This document shows, in pieces, positions 1-8,140 of a stretch of DNA of 64,000 nucleotides. Source of the stretch: an uncultured Lentisphaerota bacterium (GTDB lineage Bacteria > Verrucomicrobiota > Kiritimatiellia > CAIQIC01); contig CAIWHP010000218.1 of NCBI GenBank assembly GCA_903912445.1, positions 36,329 through 100,328 on the forward strand. Direction: 5' to 3'. The first letter of the stretch is position 1, and the number at the start of each line of letters is the position of its first letter. A model generated the notes under the pieces. The model did no database searches and was not told the origin of the DNA. It worked only from the letters and a program-made list of their open reading frames with translations. Both the position numbers and the translations under genes were made by a program.

Positions 1-575
1 TGGGCCTGGGCCACGCCACGCCGCCCGACGCCACGCGACTGCGCACCTGGCTGCAAATGCAAGCGCGCTACCCCGTGCGCTCCGTCGCCGCACAGGCGGA
101 GCTGGGCCCGTGGTTCACCAAGGCCCTCGCCACCGCCCGGGCCACGACCGACGTCGGCGAGAAATTCCGCCTGACCCTCGACCTGATCCGTGACCCGCGG
201 CTCTGGCTCTGCGGGCCGCCCGCCGGCGCCGCCGCGCAGGAATTGCTGAAGGAGGCCACGGCGCGTCCGCCGGCCAAGGAGGAGTGGGCCGCGGAAACCA
301 CCTATTGGAACTTGCTCTGGAAAGTCACCAGCGTGCACGAGCTTGAGGACCTGCGCAGCACGCGCGATGGCTTCAAGAACCTGATCGACACCTATCCCGC
401 TTCCCGCTGGGGCCGGCTCGCCGCCGAGGATTACCGCGTCCTCGCCGACGCCTATGAGCGCACCGCGGCGGCCAAAGCAGCGAGCGCCACCAACATCACC
501 ACGCGCTCCGGCGTCAACAACCGCGGCATCCCCGTCCCCCGCCAGTCGGGCAACAAGATCATTTTCGAACGCTGA
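1..575 (+). CDS. hypothetical protein, 3' partial (continues upstream of window)
   Basis: Reading frame is open from the window edge (frame of ORF 57..575 has no stop back to position 3); no recognisable domain. Confidence 0.4.
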   Translation, partial: GLGHATPPDATRLRTWLQMQARYPVRSVAAQAELGPWFTKALATARATTDVGEKFRLTLDLIRDPRLWLCGPPAGAAAQELLKEATARPPAKEEWAAETTYWNLLWKVTSVHELEDLRSTRDGFKNLIDTYPASRWGRLAAEDYRVLADAYERTAAAKAASATNITTRSGVNNRGIPVPRQSGNKIIFER

Positions 576-645
576 GGCCGGATGCGGTTGGGCGCGCGAG
601 AAAATCAGTCGGATCAGACCTATCCGTCCTGTCCGGTTCCTTCGG

Positions 646-695
646 TTTTCCAAGCCTTGGAAAGAACGGCGTTTCACGTTCCAACCCTTGGAAAC
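646..695. repeat. two phased copies of the palindromic motif TTTCCAAG-N-CTTGGAAA, upstream of the GH2 gene
   Basis: ttttccaagccttggaaag (646-664) and ttccaacccttggaa (679-693); centre-to-centre spacing ~31 bp; same motif family recurs at 5 other loci in the window. Confidence 0.7.
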
Positions 696-744
696 CGCCG
701 GCCTGCGTGCTAGAAGAGCCGCGCACGCGACGAGGAGCAAACAC

Positions 745-3498
745 ATGAAGATTCCGGGCATCGCAGTGGGCTTGGTGGCGCTGGCGGCAGCGGCGGGCGC
801 GGCGGGCGCGGCGGAGGCGCCGCTGGTGTTGCGGTCGCAGGCCACGCACGGCGGCAGCGCGACGTGGCTCATGCAGCGCGCGGGTGACGCGCACGCCGAG
901 GGCGCGACGATCAGCACGCCGGGCTTCCAGACCGCGGGCTGGCAGAACGCGGTCGTGCCGGGCACGGTGCTCAACAGCCTCGTCAAGAACGGCGTCTACC
1001 CGGAGCCCTACTTCGGCCTCAACAACGCGCACGACTTCAAGAAGGTCCCCGACCTCAAGGACGTAGGCCTGGATTTCTACACCTACTGGTTCCGCACCGA
1101 GTTCGCACTGACGCCGGAGTTCGCCGGCCGGCGCGCCCTGCTGGAGCTCGGCGGCATCAACTACCGCGCCGAGATCTGGCTCAACGGCCAGAAGCTCGGC
1201 GACCTCGCGGGCATGTTTCAGCGTGGCTACTTCGACATCACCGCCCTCGCCAAGCCCAGCGGGCCGAACGCGCTCGCGGTGCGCGTGCGGCCGCCGGATA
1301 CGCCGGGCAACTTCCGTCCCAAGAAGGGTGGCGGCGGCGGCGCGGTCGGCGAGAACAGCAACGGCGGCGACCACACCTACGGCCAGAACGTGACGATGCT
1401 GATGAGCGTCGGCTGGGACTTCACCCTCCGCGACGGCGTGCGCGACCGCAACACCGGCGTCTGGAAAGATGTGAAGGTTTATCCCGTCGGCCCGGTGGCG
1501 CTGCGCGATCCGCAGGTGCGCTCCAAGCTGCCGCTGCCGCTGCTCGCGCCGGCGCGCGAGACCGTGGTGATCGAGGCGGTCAACCTGACCGGCGCGGAGC
1601 AAAAGGGCGTGCTGCGCGGAAAAATCCCCGGCGCGGGCGTGACGCTGGAGCAGCCCGTGACGCTCGCGGCCGGCGAGACGCGCACCCTCACCTTCACGCC
1701 GGAGCAGTTCCCGCAACTGGTCATCGCGCAGCCGCAGCTGTGGTGGCCGCTGAACAAGGGCGCGCAACACCTCTATAACCTCGAGTTGGAGTTCGTCGCT
1801 GCCGATGGCCGGGTGTCCGATCAATCCCGCTCGCGCTTCGGCATCCGCGAGATCACCAGCGACCAGCAGACGCCGGGCAGGGACCGCATCTTCTACGTCA
1901 ACGGCCAGCGCCTGTTCATCCGCGGCAGCAACTGGACCCCGGAGGCGATGTGCCGCGGCTCCGACGCGCGCACCTATGCCGAGCTGCGCTGGACCGCGCA
2001 GGCCGGCGTCAACCTGCTGCGCCAATGGGGCGGCGGCATCACCGAGTCGGACTACTTCTACGACCTGTGCGACGAGCTCGGCATCCTCGTCTGGACGGAA
2101 TTCTGGCTGACCGGCGACACCCTGCTGCCCGCCGAGCCGGAGCTCTATCGCGCGAACTTCGCCGACACGATCAAGCGCATCCGGCGCCATGCCTGCAATG
2201 CCTATTACGTCAGCGCCAACGAGCGCGACGCCAAGGGCGTCATCCCGGTCAAGGACCTGATCGACCAGCTCGACGGCACGACCGGCTGGCAGCCCGGCTC
2301 GGAGACCGACGGCATCCATGACGGCAGCCCCTACTGGACCTGCAACCCGATGTGGTACTACGAGGACAGCGCCTCGGAGCGCGGGAGCCGCATCTACGGT
2401 TTCAACCCGGAATACGGCTGCCCGTGCCTGCCGACGATCGACTGCCTGCGTGAGATGATGGACGAGAAGGACATCTGGCCGGTCAACAAAAACGTCTGGG
2501 ACTACCTCGACGGCGGCGGCTTCCACCGCATGTCCAGCGACTACCTGCGCGCGGTGGAGCAGTACGGCCCGATCCACAGCGCCGAGGAGCTCGCGCTACG
2601 CGCCCAGGCCTTCGGCGGCCTGGCCAACCGCGCGATCTGGGAATGCTGGAGCCGGAACAAGTTCGAGTTCGGCGACCGCTTCGGCACCGGCTTCCTCTTC
2701 TGGTATCACAACAGCCCCGAACCGCAGGTCTGCGGGCGCCTGTGGGATCACTCGCTCGAGCCGACCGCCGCACTCTACTTCACCCAGAAGGCCAACGAGC
2801 CGCGCCACGCGCAGTTCGACTTCCTCAAGAACGGCGTCAGCGTGGTCAACGAGCTGAAGCAGCCGTTCGCCGGCCGCGTCACGCTCCGCGTGCTCGATGG
2901 CGCGCTGAAGGAGATCATGCGGCAGGAGGCGGCCTGCTCCGTCGCCGCCGATGCCGTCACCAACGATGTCATCAAGGTAACGTGGCCCGCGCAGCTGCCG
3001 CCGGTCCAGTTTCTCAAGCTGGAATTGCGCGATGCCGGCGGCGCGCTCGTCAGCGATAATTTCTACTGGCGATCCGACAAGGCCTACCGCGCCGGGCCGC
3101 CCACCGCGACCGCGAAGCCGAAGGCGCCGCCGAAGCCCGGCGCGCCGCTGCGCTCATGGACCGGGCCGCAGTACGAGGGCTTCGAGTCGCTCGCCGCCCT
3201 GCCGCGCGTCGCGGTGGCGGCGCAGTTCGCGAAGAAGCAGGAGAACGGCTGGGCGCGCTACACCGGCACCGTGCGCAACCCCTCGCAGGGCCTGGCGTTC
3301 TTCGTCTGGCTGCGGCTGCAGGACGCCGCCACCGGCAAGCCCGTGCGGCCGGCCTACTTCAACGACAACTTCCTGATCCTGCTCCCCGGCGAGAGCAAGG
3401 CGATCACGATCGAGCACGACGAAGGCGTCACCGGCTCCCAGCCCACCCGGCTGGTCGTGGATGGCTGGAACATCGAGAAGCAGACGCTGAAGTTCTGA
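745..3498 (+). CDS. glycoside hydrolase family 2 protein (beta-mannosidase / exo-glucosaminidase-like), secreted
   Basis: ATG at 745 (aa 98 of track ORF 454..3498) gives signal peptide MKIPGIAVGLVALAAAAGAAGAAEA. GH2 sugar-binding-domain motif YRAEIWLNGQKLG and TIM-barrel motif NGQRLFIRGSNW; ~917 aa. Confidence 0.8.
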   Translation: MKIPGIAVGLVALAAAAGAAGAAEAPLVLRSQATHGGSATWLMQRAGDAHAEGATISTPGFQTAGWQNAVVPGTVLNSLVKNGVYPEPYFGLNNAHDFKKVPDLKDVGLDFYTYWFRTEFALTPEFAGRRALLELGGINYRAEIWLNGQKLGDLAGMFQRGYFDITALAKPSGPNALAVRVRPPDTPGNFRPKKGGGGGAVGENSNGGDHTYGQNVTMLMSVGWDFTLRDGVRDRNTGVWKDVKVYPVGPVALRDPQVRSKLPLPLLAPARETVVIEAVNLTGAEQKGVLRGKIPGAGVTLEQPVTLAAGETRTLTFTPEQFPQLVIAQPQLWWPLNKGAQHLYNLELEFVAADGRVSDQSRSRFGIREITSDQQTPGRDRIFYVNGQRLFIRGSNWTPEAMCRGSDARTYAELRWTAQAGVNLLRQWGGGITESDYFYDLCDELGILVWTEFWLTGDTLLPAEPELYRANFADTIKRIRRHACNAYYVSANERDAKGVIPVKDLIDQLDGTTGWQPGSETDGIHDGSPYWTCNPMWYYEDSASERGSRIYGFNPEYGCPCLPTIDCLREMMDEKDIWPVNKNVWDYLDGGGFHRMSSDYLRAVEQYGPIHSAEELALRAQAFGGLANRAIWECWSRNKFEFGDRFGTGFLFWYHNSPEPQVCGRLWDHSLEPTAALYFTQKANEPRHAQFDFLKNGVSVVNELKQPFAGRVTLRVLDGALKEIMRQEAACSVAADAVTNDVIKVTWPAQLPPVQFLKLELRDAGGALVSDNFYWRSDKAYRAGPPTATAKPKAPPKPGAPLRSWTGPQYEGFESLAALPRVAVAAQFAKKQENGWARYTGTVRNPSQGLAFFVWLRLQDAATGKPVRPAYFNDNFLILLPGESKAITIEHDEGVTGSQPTRLVVDGWNIEKQTLKF

Positions 3499-3509
3499 GC
3501 AGTAGAAAC

Positions 3510-4277
3510 ATGAAATACCTGCTCGCCCCCCTCCTCCTGCTGCTGCTCGCCGGTTGCGCCACCGCGCCCAAGCCGGCATTGCCGGACAATTCCGCCGTCA
3601 TGCCGGTTTCGAAACTGGAACAGGACCACTATGACTGGTTCGGACGGCACGAGGAAATTTTGCGCGTCAAGGACACGGTGCAGCCCGAGGTGGTGTTCAT
3701 CGGCGACTCCATCACGCACCAGTGGGGCGGCACGCCCGCAGCCAAGCCCCATCCGTCACCCGGCGAGAAGGTGCTGAAGACCACGCTGGGAGGTTATCGG
3801 ACGCTGAACCTCGGCTTCGGCTGGGACCGCACGCAGAACGTCCTCTGGCGCATCGAGCACGGCGAACTGGACGGCCTGCAGCCCAAGGCGGTGGTCATCC
3901 ACATCGGCACCAACAACACCAGCCCCGGCCATGCCCGGCCGAACACCGCCGCTGAAATCGCGGAAGGGATCAGCGCGATCTGCGACCGCGTCCACAGCAA
4001 GGTGCCGCACGCCAAGATCATCATCATGGCCATCTTCCCGCGCGAGGCCCAGCCCGAGCATCCGCGCCGGCAAATGATCAACGCCACCAACCGCCTGCTC
4101 CCCGCGGTGGCCCGGGCCCAGCAGGCCGCGTTCGTGGACCTCACGCCGCTGATGCTCGCGCCCGATGGCCAGCTGCCGCGCGAGGTGGCGCGCGACCTCT
4201 GCCATCTGACCGAAAAAGGCTACCAGATCTGGGCCGACGCCTTGCTCCCGATCCTGGCCGGGAGCAAGACCCGCTGA
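3510..4277 (+). CDS. SGNH/GDSL hydrolase family lipoprotein (PAF-acetylhydrolase-like)
   Basis: ATG at 3510 (aa 119 of ORF 3156..4277); lipoprotein signal MKYLLAPLLLLLLAGC; GDS motif FIGDSITHQWGG; C-terminal catalytic-His region ...ARDLCHLTEKGYQIWAD. Stop is 12 bp after the GH2 stop, so probably co-transcribed. Confidence 0.8.
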   Translation: MKYLLAPLLLLLLAGCATAPKPALPDNSAVMPVSKLEQDHYDWFGRHEEILRVKDTVQPEVVFIGDSITHQWGGTPAAKPHPSPGEKVLKTTLGGYRTLNLGFGWDRTQNVLWRIEHGELDGLQPKAVVIHIGTNNTSPGHARPNTAAEIAEGISAICDRVHSKVPHAKIIIMAIFPREAQPEHPRRQMINATNRLLPAVARAQQAAFVDLTPLMLAPDGQLPREVARDLCHLTEKGYQIWADALLPILAGSKTR

Positions 4278-4434
4278 CCGGCCGGGGCTTGCGCTTGGTT
4301 CATCTGGCGGCAGCCCGACAAGCCAGCTCCCGCCTGCGCCGCAGGGACCGCTGCGCTCCACCGCTCTGACGGGCCGACCCCGGAAAGCCGCCCCCTGAGG
4401 CCCTAGAATTTCCCGTGATAACCCTTGTGAAAAA

Positions 4435-4464
4435 CCATTTATTAAGTGCGTGACAGGCGGCGGC
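4435..4464 (+). promoter_or_regulatory. conserved upstream element ccTTTATTAAGTGCGTGAcagg (copy 1), ~100 bp upstream of small-protein gene A
   Basis: Near-identical AT-rich 20-mer occurs again at 5680-5707 upstream of paralogous gene B; AT-rich in a GC-rich background. Confidence 0.35.
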
Positions 4465-4535
4465 TTGTCGGCTGAGATAACCGCCCTGCGGAGCGGGTGT
4501 CCTGCGTGAAGGCCGCCCCGCGCGACAGACAATTT

Positions 4536-4868
4536 ATGAGCGAAAAAGCAGACAGACTTTGCAAGGGCCTCAGCCTCGCCTTGGCGTGCGTAAATGGCGG
4601 GGTGCTGTTCGTAGCGTTCCGGCAATGGCATCAAGTCAGCATCCACAGCAGCGCCAACCACGAAGCGGTGCCGCTGCAAAGCCCGGCTTTCATCCAAGCG
4701 CTCCAGTCCATGCCCTCGCTGCTCCTCGTCCTGTTGCTGGTGACCCTGCTGGCACTCCTCGGCAGCAAAGAATGGCTCCGCCCGTCATGGATTCCCCTCG
4801 GCCTGAATGTGCTCTGGCTGGCCGGCGGCTGCTTCCTGCTGCAGAGCCAGCTTGCGCTCCTGCTGTAA
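4536..4868 (+). CDS. small (110 aa) membrane-associated hypothetical protein, paralog A
   Basis: Internal ATG at aa 14 of track ORF 4497 (GTG) gives MSEKADRLCKGLS..., exactly 110 aa like paralog at 5805..6137. Shared motifs: VNGG/AL, LPLQSP, AWLRP; C-terminal hydrophobic helix. Confidence 0.5.
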   Translation: MSEKADRLCKGLSLALACVNGGVLFVAFRQWHQVSIHSSANHEAVPLQSPAFIQALQSMPSLLLVLLLVTLLALLGSKEWLRPSWIPLGLNVLWLAGGCFLLQSQLALLL

Positions 4869-4906
4869 GACGGGTCGCTGGCACCCCCGCCTGAGTCCCT
4901 CGATAG

Positions 4907-5026
4907 CCCGGGCCCAGCAGGCCGCGCGCGTGGACCTCGCGCCGCAGATGCTCATGCCCGACGGCCAACGGCCGCGCGCCGCGGCGACAGACCTCTGTCA
5001 CCTGACCGGAAAAGACTACCAGTTCG
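4907..5026 (+). pseudogene. degenerate duplicate of the 3' end of the SGNH hydrolase gene (homologous to 4110-4229)
   Basis: ~120 bp at ~80% identity; would encode ARAQQAARVDLAPQMLMPDGQRPRAAATDLCHLTGKDYQ versus ARAQQAAFVDLTPLMLAPDGQLPREVARDLCHLTEKGYQ; no upstream catalytic domain, so a remnant. Confidence 0.5.
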
Positions 5027-5050
5027 CAACAGCGCCGTCTGGTTTCGTTG

Positions 5051-5078
5051 TTGCCGCAGGAGTTGAATCTTCTATAAT
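5051..5078 (+). promoter_or_regulatory. sigma70-like promoter candidate (TTGCCG-16 bp-TATAAT) immediately upstream of the RHH-like regulator gene
   Basis: TTGCCG 5051-5056, TATAAT 5073-5078, only 7 nt before the GTG at 5086 (would make a leaderless transcript); sequence-only prediction. Confidence 0.25.
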
Positions 5079-5085
5079 CGTTTCC

Positions 5086-5565
5086 GTGATTAAAAAGAAT
5101 ACTGCTCGTGGGCGTCCGCCTAAGTTCAACGAGGCCTCCCGCCCTGTCACCGTAACCTTGCCAGAGCGTACGCTCCAACAACTGGCGGCTATTCATGGCG
5201 ACCGGGCGCGCGCCATCGTCAAGGCGGCGGCAACCACAACACGCATACATTCGAGGAAGGCTTCGCCTGTCGCGGTCGTGGAAGCCTTTCACGGGCAGGA
5301 GCTGATTGTGGTCGGACCGAGCCAGAGTCTTCGGCAAATCAAATGGTTGCGCTTGGCTGAGGTCGCCCCGTCACGTTTCTTGCTGGTCATCCCCTCCGGG
5401 ACCATGATTGAAACGCTGGAAGTCGCGGTCAGCGATCTCTTTGACCTCCTGCCGCCATCGGAAACCTACGAGCGCGGCTTGTTGGCGGAATTGCTACGCA
5501 TCTTGCGTTTACGTCGCCGCCAGAAGAATGTGACCAAGGCGGAGATCCTGCTGCTACAGCTTTGA
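5086..5565 (+). CDS. putative ribbon-helix-helix-like regulator, 159 aa, paralog 1
   Basis: GTG at 5086 (aa 94 of ORF 4807..5565). N-terminus GRPPKFNEASRPVTVTLPERTLQQLAAIHGDRARAIVKA resembles CopG/RHH. Paralog at 24117..24602 shares protein sequence with many synonymous third-position changes, so it is under coding constraint. Confidence 0.55.
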   Translation: MIKKNTARGRPPKFNEASRPVTVTLPERTLQQLAAIHGDRARAIVKAAATTTRIHSRKASPVAVVEAFHGQELIVVGPSQSLRQIKWLRLAEVAPSRFLLVIPSGTMIETLEVAVSDLFDLLPPSETYERGLLAELLRILRLRRRQKNVTKAEILLLQL

Positions 5566-5679
5566 ATCGGCCTCTACGGCTGTCCCGGGGCTCACCGCGC
5601 TGCCCGCTTCATCGGCGCAAAAGCAAACTTCAACGACTTGCTGCGCCTTATTTATCCCTTAAATAATCACCCCGAACGG

Positions 5680-5707
5680 CCTTTATTAAGTGCGTGAACG
5701 GAGGCCT
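5680..5707 (+). promoter_or_regulatory. conserved upstream element ccTTTATTAAGTGCGTGAacgg (copy 2), ~120 bp upstream of small-protein gene B
   Basis: Matches element at 4435-4464. Confidence 0.35.
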
Positions 5708-5804
5708 TCTGTCTGCTCTAGTAACGATGTTGTACCTTACGTGTTGGAGTTGCGTGCCAGAGGCTGATTGAACTGCGATGCGATGAGCGAGTGAAACCAA
5801 ACCA

Positions 5805-6137
5805 ATGAATGAGAAGGCAGCCAGGCTTGGTAAACGCGGCAGCAACGCCCTGACGGTGGTGAACGGGGCTTTACTGCTTGCTGCTTTTGGGCCCTTCCAG
5901 CGGCTCCGCTTCCGTTCCGGCGATAGCCCTGCCGCCTTACCGTTGCAGAGCCCTCCGGTCTTCCACTCACGGCTGTCCAGGCACCCACTGCGCGGCGTCG
6001 TGCTGACGGCGATCTTGCGGGCGGTCTTGAGCGGTACAGCCTGGCTCCGACCGCTTTCGAGGCCCTTCGGCGGGCAGCTTCCCTGGCCGGGCGCCGGCAG
6101 GCTCCTGCTGCAGCGCGTGACGGTACTACCGAGGTGA
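5805..6137 (+). CDS. small (110 aa) membrane-associated hypothetical protein, paralog B
   Basis: ATG at 5805; MNEKAARLGKRGSNALTVVNGALLLAAF...LPLQSP...AWLRP; same length and motifs as 4536..4868; stop overlaps the start region of the GT-C gene. Confidence 0.5.
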   Translation: MNEKAARLGKRGSNALTVVNGALLLAAFGPFQRLRFRSGDSPAALPLQSPPVFHSRLSRHPLRGVVLTAILRAVLSGTAWLRPLSRPFGGQLPWPGAGRLLLQRVTVLPR

Positions 6138-6139
6138 GA

Positions 6140-8110
6140 ATGGTCAGCGCGTCACCATCTTATTCGGCGGACGCTGCGCCGTGTCCCCCCGGCCAAGCGC
6201 GCAGGCCCTCTTCACGCCCGACACAACCCTTGGCGCGAGGGCACGCCTGGCTGCTCTACGGCTTACTGCCGCTGCTCGCCTTCGCGGCGACAGGGTGGCT
6301 CTACCGCCATGTCTTCCACTGCGCGCCGATTACCACCGACGAGAACAGCTATATCTTTCAGGCTTACAACTTCCTCGCCGGCGTGATCGCCCGGCCCTGC
6401 CCGCCGTCGCCCGAAAGTTTCTTTCACGCCATGATCATTTGTGACGACCGTGTCGGCTGGCTTTCCCGCTATCCACCCGGCCACGCGCTTTGGTTGTTGC
6501 CCGGCTGCCTGCTGCATCAGCCGCACCTCATGGTGGCGCTGGCAGCCGCCCTGTCCGTGGGGCTCATGGCTCGCGTCGGCGCATTATTCGGGGGCCAGGT
6601 CGCTTGGCTCGCCGCACTTTTGCTGCTGCTCTCCCCTTTCTTTCTCTTCACGCATGGCACCTTGTTGGGCCACACCAGCGGACTGCTGGCCACGCTGCTC
6701 TTGCTGTATGGTTTCATGCGGTGGCAAGGGACGGGCACCGTTCTTTTCGCAGCGCTGGCCGGCCTGGGCTGGAGCTGGCTCTATCTGAATCGCACCTATA
6801 CGGCCGCACTGCTGGTCCCGCCGTTGGCCCTCTACAGCCTGATCACGCTCTTTCGCCAGCGGCACAACAAAACCGCATGGCTCGGCATGCTGCTGTTTGC
6901 CGGCACGGCCGCGACAGGTGTGGCGTTGGTTCTCTTCTACAACTATCTGGCCCTCGGTGATGCTTGGACCATGACCTATTCGTATTTCCGGCCTTCGGAG
7001 ACACTGGGGTTTGGCGTCAAACAAATTGATCATGCCCGTGTCGTGCATACGCTATCCACAGGCTTGCGCATGATGTGGGGCAACCTGCGCCTCTACGATC
7101 AGTGGCTGTTTGGCTTCACGGGCTCGCTCGTGGTGGCCGCGGCAGGGGCCCTTATCGGTTGGCGCAAGCAATGGAGTCCCTTGTTGTTGATGGCGCCGGT
7201 CATGGTCTGGGCCGGGTATGTCCTCTTTTGGTATCACGGCCCGCACGAAGTCGGCCCGGCCTATTATACGGAAACGTTGCCGTTCGTGGTTTTGGCGACC
7301 GCTTTGGGGTTGGCGCGCATACTCGACTTTTTGCGCGCAAGGCACTGGGCCTGGCAGTGCGGCTTGCTTGTGCTCTGCGGCGGATGGCTCACCAGTGATG
7401 CGCGTTTCCTCAGGCAGCAATCCGCCACGGTCAGCACCTTGTGCCAGCCGCTCGGGACCTTGCGCGAGTTTGTGCAGCAGGCGCCATCGAATTCCGTCAT
7501 TGTGACCACCGAGGCCACGCCCTTCACCAGCCGCCGCTATGGCCCTTTGGTCTTCAATCCACAGGGACTCGCGAGTCAGCCCCTGATCGTCCACGCCACA
7601 GGCGCTCAGGATGCCAGTGTGATCCCTAGGATGTTCCCCCACCACCAGGCCTTCACGCTGACCTCAACGGGCGGGCAACATCAACTGGTGCCGCTAATTC
7701 CGGCCGCTTTCAATCTTCCACTCTCCCTCGCAGCGCTGCGCCGCCATACCGGCCAGCGCCTCGGCGGGGACGGGCATCAGCCCGTGGTTCTCACGGCACA
7801 GCAAGCGCGAGACAAACCCGAGTTTCTCGCTTTTGGCCACACCGTGTTGCTGCCACCCGGACGCTTCGCTGCCGAGTTTGATTTTATCATCACCAATGCC
7901 AGCGCAAACGAGACGGTGCTGACCGTGGATATCGCCCGGACCGGCGGCCGTGAAAGCGTGGTGCGGCAAGCCTGCGCGGCCAACACCAGCGCCCCCCTTA
8001 TCGTGACGTTTGCGGTGACCCATTTCACCACGGTAGAACCGCGTGTGTTTTACCAAGGGAGAGGCGATGTCACCCTGCGCGGCATACGTCTGTATGAGCT
8101 TTCGCCGTAG
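6140..8110 (+). CDS. GT-C fold membrane glycosyltransferase (ArnT/PMT-like, GT39/GT83 type) with C-terminal soluble beta-sandwich-like domain
   Basis: ATG at 6140 three bp after upstream stop, preceded by gaggtg. ~11 predicted TM helices in the first 430 aa with loop motifs typical of polyprenyl-phosphate-sugar-dependent GT-C enzymes; ~230 aa C-terminal non-membrane domain. Confidence 0.7.
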   Translation: MVSASPSYSADAAPCPPGQARRPSSRPTQPLARGHAWLLYGLLPLLAFAATGWLYRHVFHCAPITTDENSYIFQAYNFLAGVIARPCPPSPESFFHAMIICDDRVGWLSRYPPGHALWLLPGCLLHQPHLMVALAAALSVGLMARVGALFGGQVAWLAALLLLLSPFFLFTHGTLLGHTSGLLATLLLLYGFMRWQGTGTVLFAALAGLGWSWLYLNRTYTAALLVPPLALYSLITLFRQRHNKTAWLGMLLFAGTAATGVALVLFYNYLALGDAWTMTYSYFRPSETLGFGVKQIDHARVVHTLSTGLRMMWGNLRLYDQWLFGFTGSLVVAAAGALIGWRKQWSPLLLMAPVMVWAGYVLFWYHGPHEVGPAYYTETLPFVVLATALGLARILDFLRARHWAWQCGLLVLCGGWLTSDARFLRQQSATVSTLCQPLGTLREFVQQAPSNSVIVTTEATPFTSRRYGPLVFNPQGLASQPLIVHATGAQDASVIPRMFPHHQAFTLTSTGGQHQLVPLIPAAFNLPLSLAALRRHTGQRLGGDGHQPVVLTAQQARDKPEFLAFGHTVLLPPGRFAAEFDFIITNASANETVLTVDIARTGGRESVVRQACAANTSAPLIVTFAVTHFTTVEPRVFYQGRGDVTLRGIRLYELSP

Positions 8111-8140
8111 CGCCGAGGTAAACCCCAGACTCCATACCAT

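Noticed and set aside
559-2577. 672-aa minus-strand ORF antisense to the GH2 gene (and similar very long antisense ORFs at 14515..15774, 28116..30350, 37457..39610, 43740..45425, 48607..51423, 52358..54523, 57387..58337, 60243..61787)
   Set aside because: Arg/Ala/Gly-rich translations typical of stop-poor antisense frames in ~68% GC DNA; each fully overlaps a gene with clear domain homology on the other strand.
4807-5565. Track ORF suggesting a 252-aa protein fusing the SGNH-fragment homology to the RHH-like regulator
   Set aside because: The N-terminal 93 codons overlap the end of gene 4536..4868 and consist of a degenerate copy of the SGNH 3' end; the paralog at 24117..24602 starts right at the conserved GRPPKF segment, so the GTG at 5086 is the more likely start.
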